Made by a program: the position numbers and the translations under genes
Source of the DNA: Deferribacterales bacterium
GTDB taxonomy: Bacteria; Chrysiogenota; Deferribacteres; Deferribacterales; Geovibrionaceae
NCBI GenBank assembly: GCA_050251945.1
Contig: JBFWLW010000006.1
Coordinates: 1-64,000 of the forward strand
DNA: 64,000 nt
Direction of reading: 5' to 3'
In this document: piece after piece, positions 48,958-58,213 of the stretch
Position numbering within the stretch: the stretch's first letter is position 1
How the letters are laid out: the number at the start of each line of letters is the position of its first letter
The notes under the pieces: generated by a model
What the model was told of the DNA's origin: nothing
Databases searched by the model: none
Seen by the model: only the letters and a program-made list of their open reading frames with translations

Positions 48958-49980
48958 TCAACTCGTAATACCTGTGTCTGCTTTTGGGAGGGCTTTCTCT
49001 ATCTGGTCATTGAGTTTTTGCTTGGCAAGTTCATACGCCATTTTGATACTGTATTTCACAGCAGTGGAATTTGAACTTCCGTGACCTATGATACATACGC
49101 CGTTTACCCCAAGCAGAGGTGCGCCGCCGTATGATGAGTGGTCGGCCTTCTTCTTGATCCTTTTAAGAGCCGGGATCATAAAAAGAGCGCCTATTTTTGA
49201 AAGTGTGGATGAGCGTATCTCATCCTTAAGCATTTTTGAAATGTACCAGCCTGCGGACTCGGACACCTTAAGCGCCACGTTTCCGGCAAACCCGTCGACA
49301 ACTATGACGTCGGAAGTACCTCTGAAAAGATCCTTGCCTTCGACGTTGCCGTAAAAATTGATGACACCCCTGTTTCCAAGCTCGGTAAGTTCCTTGAACA
49401 CTGTCTTGGTGGTCTCGTTTCCTTTAACGTCCTCTTCGCCAACAGACATAAGACCGACGGTGGGTTTCTCTTTTTCCATCACGATAGCCGCATATGCGCT
49501 CGCCATGATTGCAAACTGGATGTAGTTCTCAACCTTGCAGTCCACGTTCGCACCCACGTCGCACATCACCGTATGCCCTTTTACAGTAGGCATGACAGCA
49601 GCGATGGCGGGACGGTCTATCCCGGGAAGAGTTTTCAGTATCATCTTGGCAACAGCCATAACAGCGCCTGTGTTACCCGCGCTGTAAAATGCCGCGCCGC
49701 TTCCGTCTTTGACAAGACGCAGACCTTCATGGATAGAGGAGTTCCTCTTTGCCCTGATGATCTGTGAAGGAAGGTCATCCATAGTGACGACCTGATCGGC
49801 ATGAACAATTTCGATATTTTTCGAGGCTTTCGGACCGTAGGCATCAAGCTCTGCTTTAACCTGTTTCTCATCCCCGACAAGGATAAGCTCGGTTCCGAAT
49901 TCCTGAACAGCTATAACGGCACCCTTGACAATCTCATGCGGGGCGTAGTCTCCCCCCATGGCATCAACGACGACTTTCAT
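48958..49980 (-). CDS. plsX: Phosphate acyltransferase PlsX
   Basis: DAMGGD, SAGNTGA and DGFAGNV motifs. Confidence 0.96.
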   Translation of the reverse strand: MKVVVDAMGGDYAPHEIVKGAVIAVQEFGTELILVGDEKQVKAELDAYGPKASKNIEIVHADQVVTMDDLPSQIIRAKRNSSIHEGLRLVKDGSGAAFYSAGNTGAVMAVAKMILKTLPGIDRPAIAAVMPTVKGHTVMCDVGANVDCKVENYIQFAIMASAYAAIVMEKEKPTVGLMSVGEEDVKGNETTKTVFKELTELGNRGVINFYGNVEGKDLFRGTSDVIVVDGFAGNVALKVSESAGWYISKMLKDEIRSSTLSKIGALFMIPALKRIKKKADHSSYGGAPLLGVNGVCIIGHGSSNSTAVKYSIKMAYELAKQKLNDQIEKALPKADTGITS

Positions 49981-49981
49981 G

Positions 49982-50164
49982 TTATATCTCTTCTTTCGCC
50001 ACTACCTGTTTCTTGTTGTAATACCCGCATGAAGGACATACTCTGTGGTTGAGTTTCAGCTCACCGCAGTTTGAACACTTGCTGTAAGCCAGTGTTGCTG
50101 CATGATGATGGCTTCTTCTGTTGCCCTTTTTCATTCTGGAAGTTTTACCCTTCGGTACACCCAT
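49982..50164 (-). CDS. rpmF: 50S ribosomal protein L32
   Basis: VPK..S; CSNC...HRVCPSCGYY. Confidence 0.96.
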   Translation of the reverse strand: MGVPKGKTSRMKKGNRRSHHHAATLAYSKCSNCGELKLNHRVCPSCGYYNKKQVVAKEEI

Positions 50165-50207
50165 TTTAATACTCCTGTATCAGAGTAGCTGCGTCGTCCG
50201 CGCAGCC

Positions 50208-50705
50208 TCAGTTATTTTTTAATTGATCCAGTCCCGACCATCTGGGATCGGTTACATCTTTGCATTTACATTTGCCGAGGTTGAGGTTTTCACCGCACAC
50301 GGGACAAAGCCCTTTGCAGTCCTCACCGCATATAATTCTGACGGGCAGGTAAAAGACGACCTCCTGACGAACTATCTCGTCAAGATCTATCTCGTCCTCT
50401 TCAATCCAGCAAACGCCCATGTCGTCGTCTGTCAGTTCCGTCTCTTCTTTGACATCCTCAAGACTCTGGCGCATAAGCTGTATGCCGGCAGTCTGTTTTC
50501 CGAACCCTTTGACAGGTTCCAGGCACCTTGCACACGGCGCTTCAAAACTGTAGCTGAACTCAACGTCCAGAAACAGTCCGGAATCGGTGGGGATGAGATC
50601 CGCGGAGAAATTCTCCACGTTAACCTTCATGTCGTCTTCGGTAAAGGCGAAGTCTCCCTCGAAATGTCCGCCTTCCGCAAGAAGTTCTTCAAAAGACAGC
50701 TTCAC
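50208..50705 (-). CDS. yceD: YceD/DUF177 family protein
   Basis: CARCL, CKGLCPVCG and DPRW motifs; upstream of rpmF. Confidence 0.88.
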   Translation of the reverse strand: MKLSFEELLAEGGHFEGDFAFTEDDMKVNVENFSADLIPTDSGLFLDVEFSYSFEAPCARCLEPVKGFGKQTAGIQLMRQSLEDVKEETELTDDDMGVCWIEEDEIDLDEIVRQEVVFYLPVRIICGEDCKGLCPVCGENLNLGKCKCKDVTDPRWSGLDQLKNN

Positions 50706-50754
50706 GATATCAACTCCTGAAAAGCCCTGACCGTTTAAGGGTCAAAGAGCAACA

Positions 50755-50783
50755 ATACTAGTCATACAAATTCTGAAAGTCAA
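50755..50783 (-). promoter_or_regulatory. Putative promoter of yceD-rpmF-plsX
   Basis: TTGACT-N17-TAGTAT. Confidence 0.5.
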
Positions 50784-50808
50784 GTTTATTTTATCACCCT
50801 ATTCCATT

Positions 50809-50897
50809 TCCCCCTTTAATAAAGGGGGATTAAGGGGGATTTACATTCAATTAAGAAAATCCACCCCAACCCTCCTTTTATAAAGGAGGGGGGAAAA
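50809..50897. repeat. REP-like dyad, family B
   Basis: Second copy of 47811-47894. Confidence 0.8.
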
Positions 50898-50900
50898 TCC

Positions 50901-50929
50901 TCACTTTCTGATGCCCGAATGTCCGAAAC
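50901..50929 (-). repeat. Duplicate of the hisE 3' end (att-like site)
   Basis: 25/29 identical to 51300-51328; both encode FGHSGIRK-stop. Confidence 0.85.
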
Positions 50930-50961
50930 AGCCGATCCTGAAGACGTATATGCTCCCTACA

Positions 50962-51301
50962 CGGGCTTCATCATGAAGCCTCAGGTTGTTGACAAACTAA
51001 ATTTACACAGACTCACATTAGACTGCTTCGGATTAAAACCCTCGCAGAGACGTTTTTTGTCTTCGCGAGGAGCGCATGCGACGACGCGATCTCGCATTTT
51101 CCTGACTTTGTCGTCAGTCTGCAGGCTTCATCATGAAGCCTCAGGTTGTTGACAAACTAAATTTACACAGACTCACATTAGACTGCTTCGGGTTAAAACT
51201 CTCGCAGAGACGTTTTTTGTCTTCGCGAGGAGCGCATGCGACGACGCGATCTCGCATTTTCCTGACTTTGTCATCAGTCTGCAGGCTTCATCATGAAGCC
51301 T
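50962..51301. mobile_element. Two tandem 140-bp MITE-like units (50982-51121, 51142-51281) flanked by three palindromic direct repeats
   Basis: 160-bp period; imperfect TIRs CAGGTTGTTGACAAAC / CTTTGTCRTCAGTCTG; GGCTTCATCATGAAGCCT at 50964, 51124 and 51284; each unit contains a family A dyad. Confidence 0.75.
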
Positions 51302-51602
51302 ACTTTCGTATGCCCGAATGTCCGAAACGTTCTGTCAATACAGCCGTAACTTCCTCGAAAGGCACGCCGCGCATTTCAAGCGCAACTATCATATGGTATA
51401 AATAGTCGGCGGCTTCACCTGCTACGTCTCTGTCAGTTTCGACAAGGATAGCCTTTATAAGTTCTGCGTTCTCCTCGCCGAGTTTTTTGATTATCTTGTT
51501 TGTGCCGCCCTGCAATAGTTTGCAGGTGTATGATTCGTCTGAAGGATTCGCTTTTCGCTCGCGAACCACGTCAACCAGTTTTCCGATTATTGATACGTCC
51601 AT
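51300..51602 (-). CDS. hisE: Phosphoribosyl-ATP pyrophosphatase
   Basis: SYT, KKLGEE and EAADYLYH motifs. Confidence 0.93.
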   Translation of the reverse strand: MDVSIIGKLVDVVRERKANPSDESYTCKLLQGGTNKIIKKLGEENAELIKAILVETDRDVAGEAADYLYHMIVALEMRGVPFEEVTAVLTERFGHSGIRK

Positions 51603-51617
51603 TTATTCCTCAAAACA

Positions 51618-51688
51618 GAGACTGCTTCGTCAAGCTTTTCCTCGCAGAGACGACATGTTGTCATTGCGAGCGCCGGCGCGGCAATCTC
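51618..51688. repeat. REP-like dyad, family A
   Basis: GAGACTGCTTCG..CTCGCAGAGAC / GTCATTGCGAG..GCAATCTC. Confidence 0.8.
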
Positions 51689-51696
51689 ATTCTTAT

Positions 51697-52464
51697 TTAT
51701 TCAGTTATCCTCACCGGAACGCTGCGTTCCGCAAGGAACCTTTTGACCTCGCCGACAGAATATTCCCGAAAGTGAAAAATGCTTGCTGCAAGCGCAGCGT
51801 CCGCTTTTCCCTCTGTCAGTCCGTCATATATATGCTGAGGATTGCCTACGCCTCCGCTGGCGATAACAGGTATTCCCACAGCCTCAGCAACGGCACGGTT
51901 AAGCCCGTTGTCATATCCGTCCTTTGTTCCGTCGCAGTCCATGCTTGTCAGAAGTATCTCGCCGGAACCGAAACTCTCCATCTTCGCCGCCCATTCCAAA
52001 ACGTCGATACCCGTTGCGTTGCGTCCGCCGTGGGTATAGACCTCCCAGCCTCCGCAGTTCTGCCTGCGTTTCGCGTCTATGGCAACGACAATACACTGGG
52101 AACCGAATCTGAGAGCAGCTTCTTTTACAAACTCCGGTCGATGCACAGCCGCCGTATTTATGGACACCTTGTCCGCACCGGAATTCAGCAGATTTCTGAT
52201 ATCCTTTATTTCGCGAACGCCGCCGCCCACAGTAACGGGCATAAAAACGCGTTCAGCCGTGCGCGCAACGACATCAAGAATTATCCCTCTGTTGTCGGAA
52301 CTGGCTGTTATATCAAGAAAAGTAAGTTCATCTGCGCCCTGTGCGTCATATATTTCGGCAACCTCAACAGGGTCGCCGGCATCTCTGAGATTTACAAAAT
52401 TCGTACCCTTAACGACCCGTCCGTCTTTAACATCCAGACAGGGAATGATGCGTTTTGCCAGCAT
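51697..52464 (-). CDS. hisF: Imidazole glycerol phosphate synthase cyclase subunit
   Basis: [17 protein letters not shown] and IASGG motifs. Confidence 0.98.
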   Translation of the reverse strand: MLAKRIIPCLDVKDGRVVKGTNFVNLRDAGDPVEVAEIYDAQGADELTFLDITASSDNRGIILDVVARTAERVFMPVTVGGGVREIKDIRNLLNSGADKVSINTAAVHRPEFVKEAALRFGSQCIVVAIDAKRRQNCGGWEVYTHGGRNATGIDVLEWAAKMESFGSGEILLTSMDCDGTKDGYDNGLNRAVAEAVGIPVIASGGVGNPQHIYDGLTEGKADAALAASIFHFREYSVGEVKRFLAERSVPVRITE

Positions 52465-52526
52465 AATTATACCTTTAATAATATTGTACGAAAATAATGG
52501 ACTAAATAGAGAAAAGGGTCAAGAAA

Positions 52527-53198
52527 TTAAAAGTTGAGCTGAACGTCCCTGCCCTTTATGGTCAGACACCCGTCCTTCGTCATCTGTTTTATGACGCGGG
52601 ACAGATTTTCGGGGGTACTGCCCAGAAGCACAGCAAGCTCGCATCTGGGAACGGGCAAGCGGAACCGTCTGTTGCGCTCCCTCTTTGAAAACTGCTCCAG
52701 ATATGTGCATAGCCGCTCCCGTGTGCCGTTCAGCGCATGGGATTCTATCAATCCGACCAGATGCACCATGTCAGACGCGCACCTTTGAAGCTGGTTTTCC
52801 AGAAGCTCACTGTCCGCCATAATGAGATTCTTTATACAGTCCCTCTCCACCATGAGGATTTCCGAATTTTCAAGCGTCATCGCGCCGAAAAGACTTTTTG
52901 TCACCACAATGCCCGAATCGCTGAGTTCCCCGGGGAAAACATATTTTATTGTTATTTCCTTGCCGTCCTCCCGTATCCTGTTCAGACGGACAAGTCCGTT
53001 CACAAGAAAACAGCAGTGCGCCGAAGGTTCGCCCTGTGCAAAAAGAACCTCCTGCCTTCCGCAGCGTACAAAACTGCTCTTCGCCATAACGGAATCCGCA
53101 AGAACCTTCGAGTGTTTTTTGAACCTCAGGCGGACAAAATCGTCAACGGCATCTTTTTTTCCTGAAATCTTAACATGTGTCAATGAATCCCACCTCAT
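52527..53198 (-). CDS. Crp/Fnr-family transcriptional regulator (start may be TTG at 53183)
   Basis: LFAQGE cNMP-fold start; LAVLLGSTPENLSR HTH. Confidence 0.88.
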   Translation of the reverse strand: MRWDSLTHVKISGKKDAVDDFVRLRFKKHSKVLADSVMAKSSFVRCGRQEVLFAQGEPSAHCCFLVNGLVRLNRIREDGKEITIKYVFPGELSDSGIVVTKSLFGAMTLENSEILMVERDCIKNLIMADSELLENQLQRCASDMVHLVGLIESHALNGTRERLCTYLEQFSKRERNRRFRLPVPRCELAVLLGSTPENLSRVIKQMTKDGCLTIKGRDVQLNF

Positions 53199-53284
53199 TT
53201 AATGATACTAAAAATCAATATCAACTGATTAGGAATTTTTGTCAACTGAAAACATACCAATAAGTATGATATCTGGAGGTTAAG

Positions 53285-55384
53285 ATGAAGAGATTTCTGC
53301 CGGCGGCCGTAGTGCTGCTTATGGCATCAACTGCATCTGCGGACAAGGACAGCATGATGCAGGACACCATTTATTTCGACACGGTGAAGGTAACGGATAC
53401 CACCGTTTCGGACGGACAAACGCTTCGGTCTACAAGCGCAACCGTTCAGGAAAGGAAGAAAAGCAATAACATTGCTGACTTCATTGAGCAGGATCCTGAA
53501 ATTAGCCTTAAACGCAGGAGCGCGTTCGGAGACAGCGGCGACATTCTCACGATCAGAGGACAGAGCGGCCAGCGTATCATGCTGAATCTTGACGGGCGCA
53601 GCCTGAACTCAACAGGTGTTAACGGCGGAAATTACATAGATTTCAACACCATTCCGCTGGACAACATCGAAAAGATTGAGATTATCAAGGGCGGAAGCAG
53701 TGCTGAATACGGGAATAACGCTATCGGCGGCGTTATCAACGCATACACCAAGCGCCCGACAAGCGACCCTTCAATTACTTTTTACGGAACTATGGGCGGA
53801 TGGGACGCAAGCGACGACTTTATGAACCTTCGGGGCAGTTATTCCCAGAAATTCGGCAATCTGGGCATCAGCCTCGGCATGAGCCGTCAGGAGGCTGACG
53901 CGTACCTCTGGAACAACGACTACCGCTCAACCCACGTAGCCCCGAAGTTATATCTCACAACTCCGTGGAAAGGCGAGCTCATCGCGGGAGTTGACTACAC
54001 AAAAACACGCAGAGGACTTATAAAGAACAACCGTGCGTCCGTTGATCCCGATTCTGCAGGATGGAGCCAGACTATAAACGCTGACGCTCCCCTTTCACTG
54101 GGTGACGTATTCTCCGGCGGCGCCGGCGGAAAGGCGATGTCTGTCATAGGTGAAGGCGCACACTCCAACGTGGAGAAAAAGCTTTACAGCGCGTCATATT
54201 CACAGCCAATCGGCAGCAGTGCTTATTTTGAATTGTCTGCATATAAAAACGACGAAGACAGGTTTGATACCAACTATTCCGACGGCACAGGAGGAGTTGC
54301 GGCGGGGGAACTTGTACTGGACAGAGAGGTTGAAGTGGACAGCAGCTACGGGTACAAAGCCAAGGTTGATGCCGAATTCGGAGCGCACAATGTAATTTTC
54401 GGCGCGGAACAGAAAAACCTCAGAGGAGGCGAAATCGCCGTCAACTACGTTGCGGCAAGCTGGAAAGGCAATATAGCCAGTTCCGATTCCGACCACAAAA
54501 TAGACAACACGGGCATCTTCGTTTCCGATTCATGGAAACTCACCGACAGATTTACAATTGACCTCGGTCTGCGTTTCGACGATTACGAGGCGAGCCAGCT
54601 TAAAAGCGGAAGCAGGGTCAAATATGACGACAGCAAGGTAACGCCAAAACTCGGCGCCACATATGCACTCACTCCGTCGGACAAGATAGGAATGTTCGTC
54701 TACCAGAGTTACAGAACGCCTGTCGCAAACGAGATGAACCACTACATTGACGGTTTAAGCTATTCCATGCTCGCGGACAAAGACCTCAAAGCTGAAACGG
54801 CAAACGCCGTCGACCTTGTATACAAGCATACTTTCGGCTCAAAAGGCTTCGCGAAAGTCTCAGCATTTTACTATGACATAGACGATTATCTCCTCTTCGG
54901 GAGCAAACCCGACGGTACCAGCGGACGCATAGCATATAATATTGATAATGCAAAATTCACTGGTGTAAGCACCGACGGCAGATACAACGTAACATCAAAA
55001 CTCAGCCTGAACGCAGGTCTGGCATGGCAGAAAACCGAAAAAGAAGGCGATCCCGTTGCCGATGCATATTCAGACTATGCAGACGACAAGGTTGACTACA
55101 TACCCGACTGGAAAGGCACCGCAGGCGCAAGCTGGAAATTTACAGAGAAATTCACTCTGGACGCATCATTCAATTATGTGGGGGAACGCAGTTACTTTTA
55201 TTACGGCAAGTCGCGCGAGCTTGACCCCTATACAACAGTTGACGCAGGACTGACATACGCCATGACAGAACACACGACACTTGAAGTCTATGCGGAAAAC
55301 CTGCTGAACAGAACCATTGAGGAACAATACGGCTACCCCACTGCCGGACTGATACTCGGCGCAAGCGTCAAGCTGGTGTTCTGA
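53285..55384 (+). CDS. TonB-dependent outer membrane receptor
   Basis: Signal peptide, plug IRG...LDG...IEKIEIIKGGSSAEYG, ENLLN, terminal Phe. Confidence 0.93.
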   Translation: MKRFLPAAVVLLMASTASADKDSMMQDTIYFDTVKVTDTTVSDGQTLRSTSATVQERKKSNNIADFIEQDPEISLKRRSAFGDSGDILTIRGQSGQRIMLNLDGRSLNSTGVNGGNYIDFNTIPLDNIEKIEIIKGGSSAEYGNNAIGGVINAYTKRPTSDPSITFYGTMGGWDASDDFMNLRGSYSQKFGNLGISLGMSRQEADAYLWNNDYRSTHVAPKLYLTTPWKGELIAGVDYTKTRRGLIKNNRASVDPDSAGWSQTINADAPLSLGDVFSGGAGGKAMSVIGEGAHSNVEKKLYSASYSQPIGSSAYFELSAYKNDEDRFDTNYSDGTGGVAAGELVLDREVEVDSSYGYKAKVDAEFGAHNVIFGAEQKNLRGGEIAVNYVAASWKGNIASSDSDHKIDNTGIFVSDSWKLTDRFTIDLGLRFDDYEASQLKSGSRVKYDDSKVTPKLGATYALTPSDKIGMFVYQSYRTPVANEMNHYIDGLSYSMLADKDLKAETANAVDLVYKHTFGSKGFAKVSAFYYDIDDYLLFGSKPDGTSGRIAYNIDNAKFTGVSTDGRYNVTSKLSLNAGLAWQKTEKEGDPVADAYSDYADDKVDYIPDWKGTAGASWKFTEKFTLDASFNYVGERSYFYYGKSRELDPYTTVDAGLTYAMTEHTTLEVYAENLLNRTIEEQYGYPTAGLILGASVKLVF

Positions 55385-56133
55385 TGAAAAACATGATGAA
55401 TCCCGAAGAGAAATGGGACAAAAAAGCGCTTACATATCCGAGATATACCTCGTCAGAGGATACATATGAAGCAAGGATCATCCGCACTCTGGAGGGTGCG
55501 GGTGTCTCCTTTAAAGGAAAACGTGTTCTGGACGTAGGCTGCGGAAGCGGCAAATTCACCCTCAGAATTGCAAAAGAGGCGGCATCGGTTCTCGGCACAG
55601 ACATTTCCTCCCAAATGCTTAGAATACTCCATGAGGATGCCGGAAAAGAGGGGGCGGATAATCTCCGCTCCCTCAAATGCACCTTTGACGATTTCGACCC
55701 GAAAGGCGAAAAATTCGATATCGTCTTCGCCTCCGTAACACCTGCCGTAAGGACGGAAGAACATTTCAGAAGGGTGACGGAACTTGCGGAAGAACACGTC
55801 GTATACATCGGCTGGGCAGGCAGAAAAGAATCGGAAATGCTCTATGCCCTGTACGACAAATGCGGCATATCACCCAAAATATTCAACGACGTTCCTGTGC
55901 TTAAAGAATGGCTGGCAAAAAAGGACATCCGATACCGGATAATACCCGTTGAAGAGACATGGGTGAGAACTTATGACCGCACAAAAGCGGAAGCACTCTG
56001 CATGGAAGCGATAGAGGACAATGCTTCCGGCGCCTGCGTCAAAACCGTCGCGCCGCTGCTTAACACCATGGCGGGTGCGGACGGCAGAATAACAGACAGG
56101 ATGCATGTCAAAATGGAGATGATAATATGGTAA
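55384..56133 (+). CDS. Class I SAM-dependent methyltransferase
   Basis: VLDVGCGSG, DISSQML and FDIVFAS motifs. Confidence 0.88.
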   Translation: MKNMMNPEEKWDKKALTYPRYTSSEDTYEARIIRTLEGAGVSFKGKRVLDVGCGSGKFTLRIAKEAASVLGTDISSQMLRILHEDAGKEGADNLRSLKCTFDDFDPKGEKFDIVFASVTPAVRTEEHFRRVTELAEEHVVYIGWAGRKESEMLYALYDKCGISPKIFNDVPVLKEWLAKKDIRYRIIPVEETWVRTYDRTKAEALCMEAIEDNASGACVKTVAPLLNTMAGADGRITDRMHVKMEMIIW

Positions 56134-57203
56134 GGCTGCTGACTATAATTGCCCTGTCCGTGTGTTTTGCGACAGCAAACGCGGACGTAACCATAACCGA
56201 CATGATAGGCAGGAAGGTAAAACTTCCTGCCGGAAAAATTGAAAGAGTTATACCGCTGGCGAGCAGTATGAGCTTTATATCGTTCTTAAAAGCGCAAAAT
56301 TTGGTAGTTGGGATTGAAAAGACCGACAAAATGAACCATGCAAAACGCACTTATGTGTATGTCAATAAGCCCTTCACAGACAAACTGCCGATAATCGGCG
56401 AAGGCGGGGCGGCAAGGCGCCCGAACATCGAAGCTATGGTGGCTCTGAAGCCTGACATAATATTCACCATCACTGCGGACGCTTCGGAAGCGGACATGCT
56501 TCAGCGCAAAATGCGCGTTCCAGTGGTAGTGCTCAGTTACGGCTACACAGGAGTTGAGCTTGAAACTGTGTACAAATCTCTCCGGCTCACTGCTCAGATA
56601 CTCGACAGAAAAGAGAGAGCTGAACAGCTCATTTCATACGTTGAGGGGCTTAAAAAGGAACTCTCATACAGACCGAAAACCCCGGCAAAGGCATACATCG
56701 GCGCTGTTTCATATAAAGGTATCAGAGGTATAGACAGCACAGAAGCAAACTTTCTCCCATTTCGTCTGGCGGGCATAGACAACACTGTGGACGCGGCAGG
56801 ACGAAAAGGGCACATTTTTCTTGAAAAAGAATATGTTGTGATGCTCAACCCGCCTCTGGTTTTTATCGACAGCGCAGGTTTCGCCACTGCATCACAGCAA
56901 GCGGCAAAATCGCCGGAGCTTTATAAACGCCTGAGCGCTTTTAAAACCGGAAGAGCATATCTCATACCAGCTAACACCTTCTATTACATAAACATCGACC
57001 TGATGCTGTCCAATGCCTTTTTCATGGCAAAGACGGCATATCCGGAAGCATACGCAAATCTTGATCCTGAAAAGAAAGCGGGCGAGATAGTCAAAGCCTT
57101 CACAGGGCAGAACGTATTTGGCGTTATCAAAAACGATTCGGGCGGATTCAGGCGGATACTGCTTTCACCTGACGGGTTCAAAACAGAGGAAATAAAATGG
57201 TAA
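56127..57203 (+). CDS. Metal-chelate ABC transporter substrate-binding protein (FecB/BtuF-like)
   Basis: TDMIGRKV.LP..IERV and PNIE...ALKPD motifs. Confidence 0.88.
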   Translation: MVRLLTIIALSVCFATANADVTITDMIGRKVKLPAGKIERVIPLASSMSFISFLKAQNLVVGIEKTDKMNHAKRTYVYVNKPFTDKLPIIGEGGAARRPNIEAMVALKPDIIFTITADASEADMLQRKMRVPVVVLSYGYTGVELETVYKSLRLTAQILDRKERAEQLISYVEGLKKELSYRPKTPAKAYIGAVSYKGIRGIDSTEANFLPFRLAGIDNTVDAAGRKGHIFLEKEYVVMLNPPLVFIDSAGFATASQQAAKSPELYKRLSAFKTGRAYLIPANTFYYINIDLMLSNAFFMAKTAYPEAYANLDPEKKAGEIVKAFTGQNVFGVIKNDSGGFRRILLSPDGFKTEEIKW

Positions 57204-58213
57204 GCAGGCTTACTTTCTGGGCTGTGCTTTCGGTTCTGCTTGTCATATTTGTTCTGTCCGGTTTGAAACACGGCGCTATAGAACATTCGTGGGCGGAAAC
57301 CGCGGCAGCCCTGTTCGGAAGCGGCAATGACGAAGACCTGCAATATTTCATCTGGCATCTGCGCCTTCCGCGCATAGCGGCGGCACTGGCTGTCGGCGGA
57401 GCACTGGCTGTCAGCGGCGTTATACTGCAAAACATACTGAACAACCCCCTCGCCTCCTCCTTTACTCTTGGACTTTCTCAGGGCGCGGCATTCGGGGCGA
57501 CTTTTTCAATAATAGTTCTCGGTGCGGGAACGGGGCTGTTCGCGGGGCTTGGCAACGTCGCTCTGGGCGCTTTCGCAGGTTCAATCCTTTCGGCGCTTAT
57601 AATCCTGCTGTTCTCGTTCGTACGCGGCATGACCCCACAGGGGCTTATCCTTGCAGGTGTGGCAATGTCAGCATTTTTCAGCGCCTGTACAATGCTTCTG
57701 CAGTTCTTTTCCACAGACACACAGCTTGCGGCGGCGGTCTTCTGGACGTTCGGCGATCTTGGCAAGGGCGGTTGGAGCGAAGCCGTTACCGTGCTTATCA
57801 TCACGTTTGCCGGAATTCTCTTTTCGCTCCGCTTAAGCTGGAGTTACAATGCTATTCAATGGGGCGAACTCTCCGCGTCCGGTCTTGGCGTCGAGGTGAA
57901 AAAGATACGCATAGCGTCTCTTGCGGCTACATCCGTTATGGCGGCTTTCGCAACTGCATATTACGGTGTGATCGGTTTCGTAGGGCTTATCGCACCGCAC
58001 ATGGTGCGTCTTATTTTCCGCCATTCAGGTCACGGATTTCTCATACCTGCATCCGCAGTTCTTGGCGGCGTTTTCCTTCTTGGTGCCGACCTTATGGGAC
58101 AGCTTGTGTTCTATCCCATATCACTCCCCGTGGGCGTAATAACCGCATTCGCAGGGGTGCCGATGTTCCTTTTTCTGCTTCTCAGGAGGTCTATGAAACA
58201 TGCTAACCGCTGA
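57197..58213 (+). CDS. Metal-chelate ABC transporter permease (FecCD/BtuC-like)
   Basis: RLPR, NPLA, IGFVGLIAPH and LPVG motifs. Confidence 0.92.
   Translation: MVSRLTFWAVLSVLLVIFVLSGLKHGAIEHSWAETAAALFGSGNDEDLQYFIWHLRLPRIAAALAVGGALAVSGVILQNILNNPLASSFTLGLSQGAAFGATFSIIVLGAGTGLFAGLGNVALGAFAGSILSALIILLFSFVRGMTPQGLILAGVAMSAFFSACTMLLQFFSTDTQLAAAVFWTFGDLGKGGWSEAVTVLIITFAGILFSLRLSWSYNAIQWGELSASGLGVEVKKIRIASLAATSVMAAFATAYYGVIGFVGLIAPHMVRLIFRHSGHGFLIPASAVLGGVFLLGADLMGQLVFYPISLPVGVITAFAGVPMFLFLLLRRSMKHANR

Noticed and set aside
50962..51301. CRISPR array interpretation of the three palindromic repeats
   Set aside because: Repeats are only 18-20 bp, the spacers are 140 bp and nearly identical, and there are no cas genes
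50919..51405. ORFs 50919-51152 and 51133-51405
   Set aside because: They are translations of the tandem repeat and of antisense hisE
53199..53284. Cobalamin riboswitch or Fur box before the TonB receptor
   Set aside because: Only 86 bp, with no B12-box and no convincing GATAATGATAATCATTATC match
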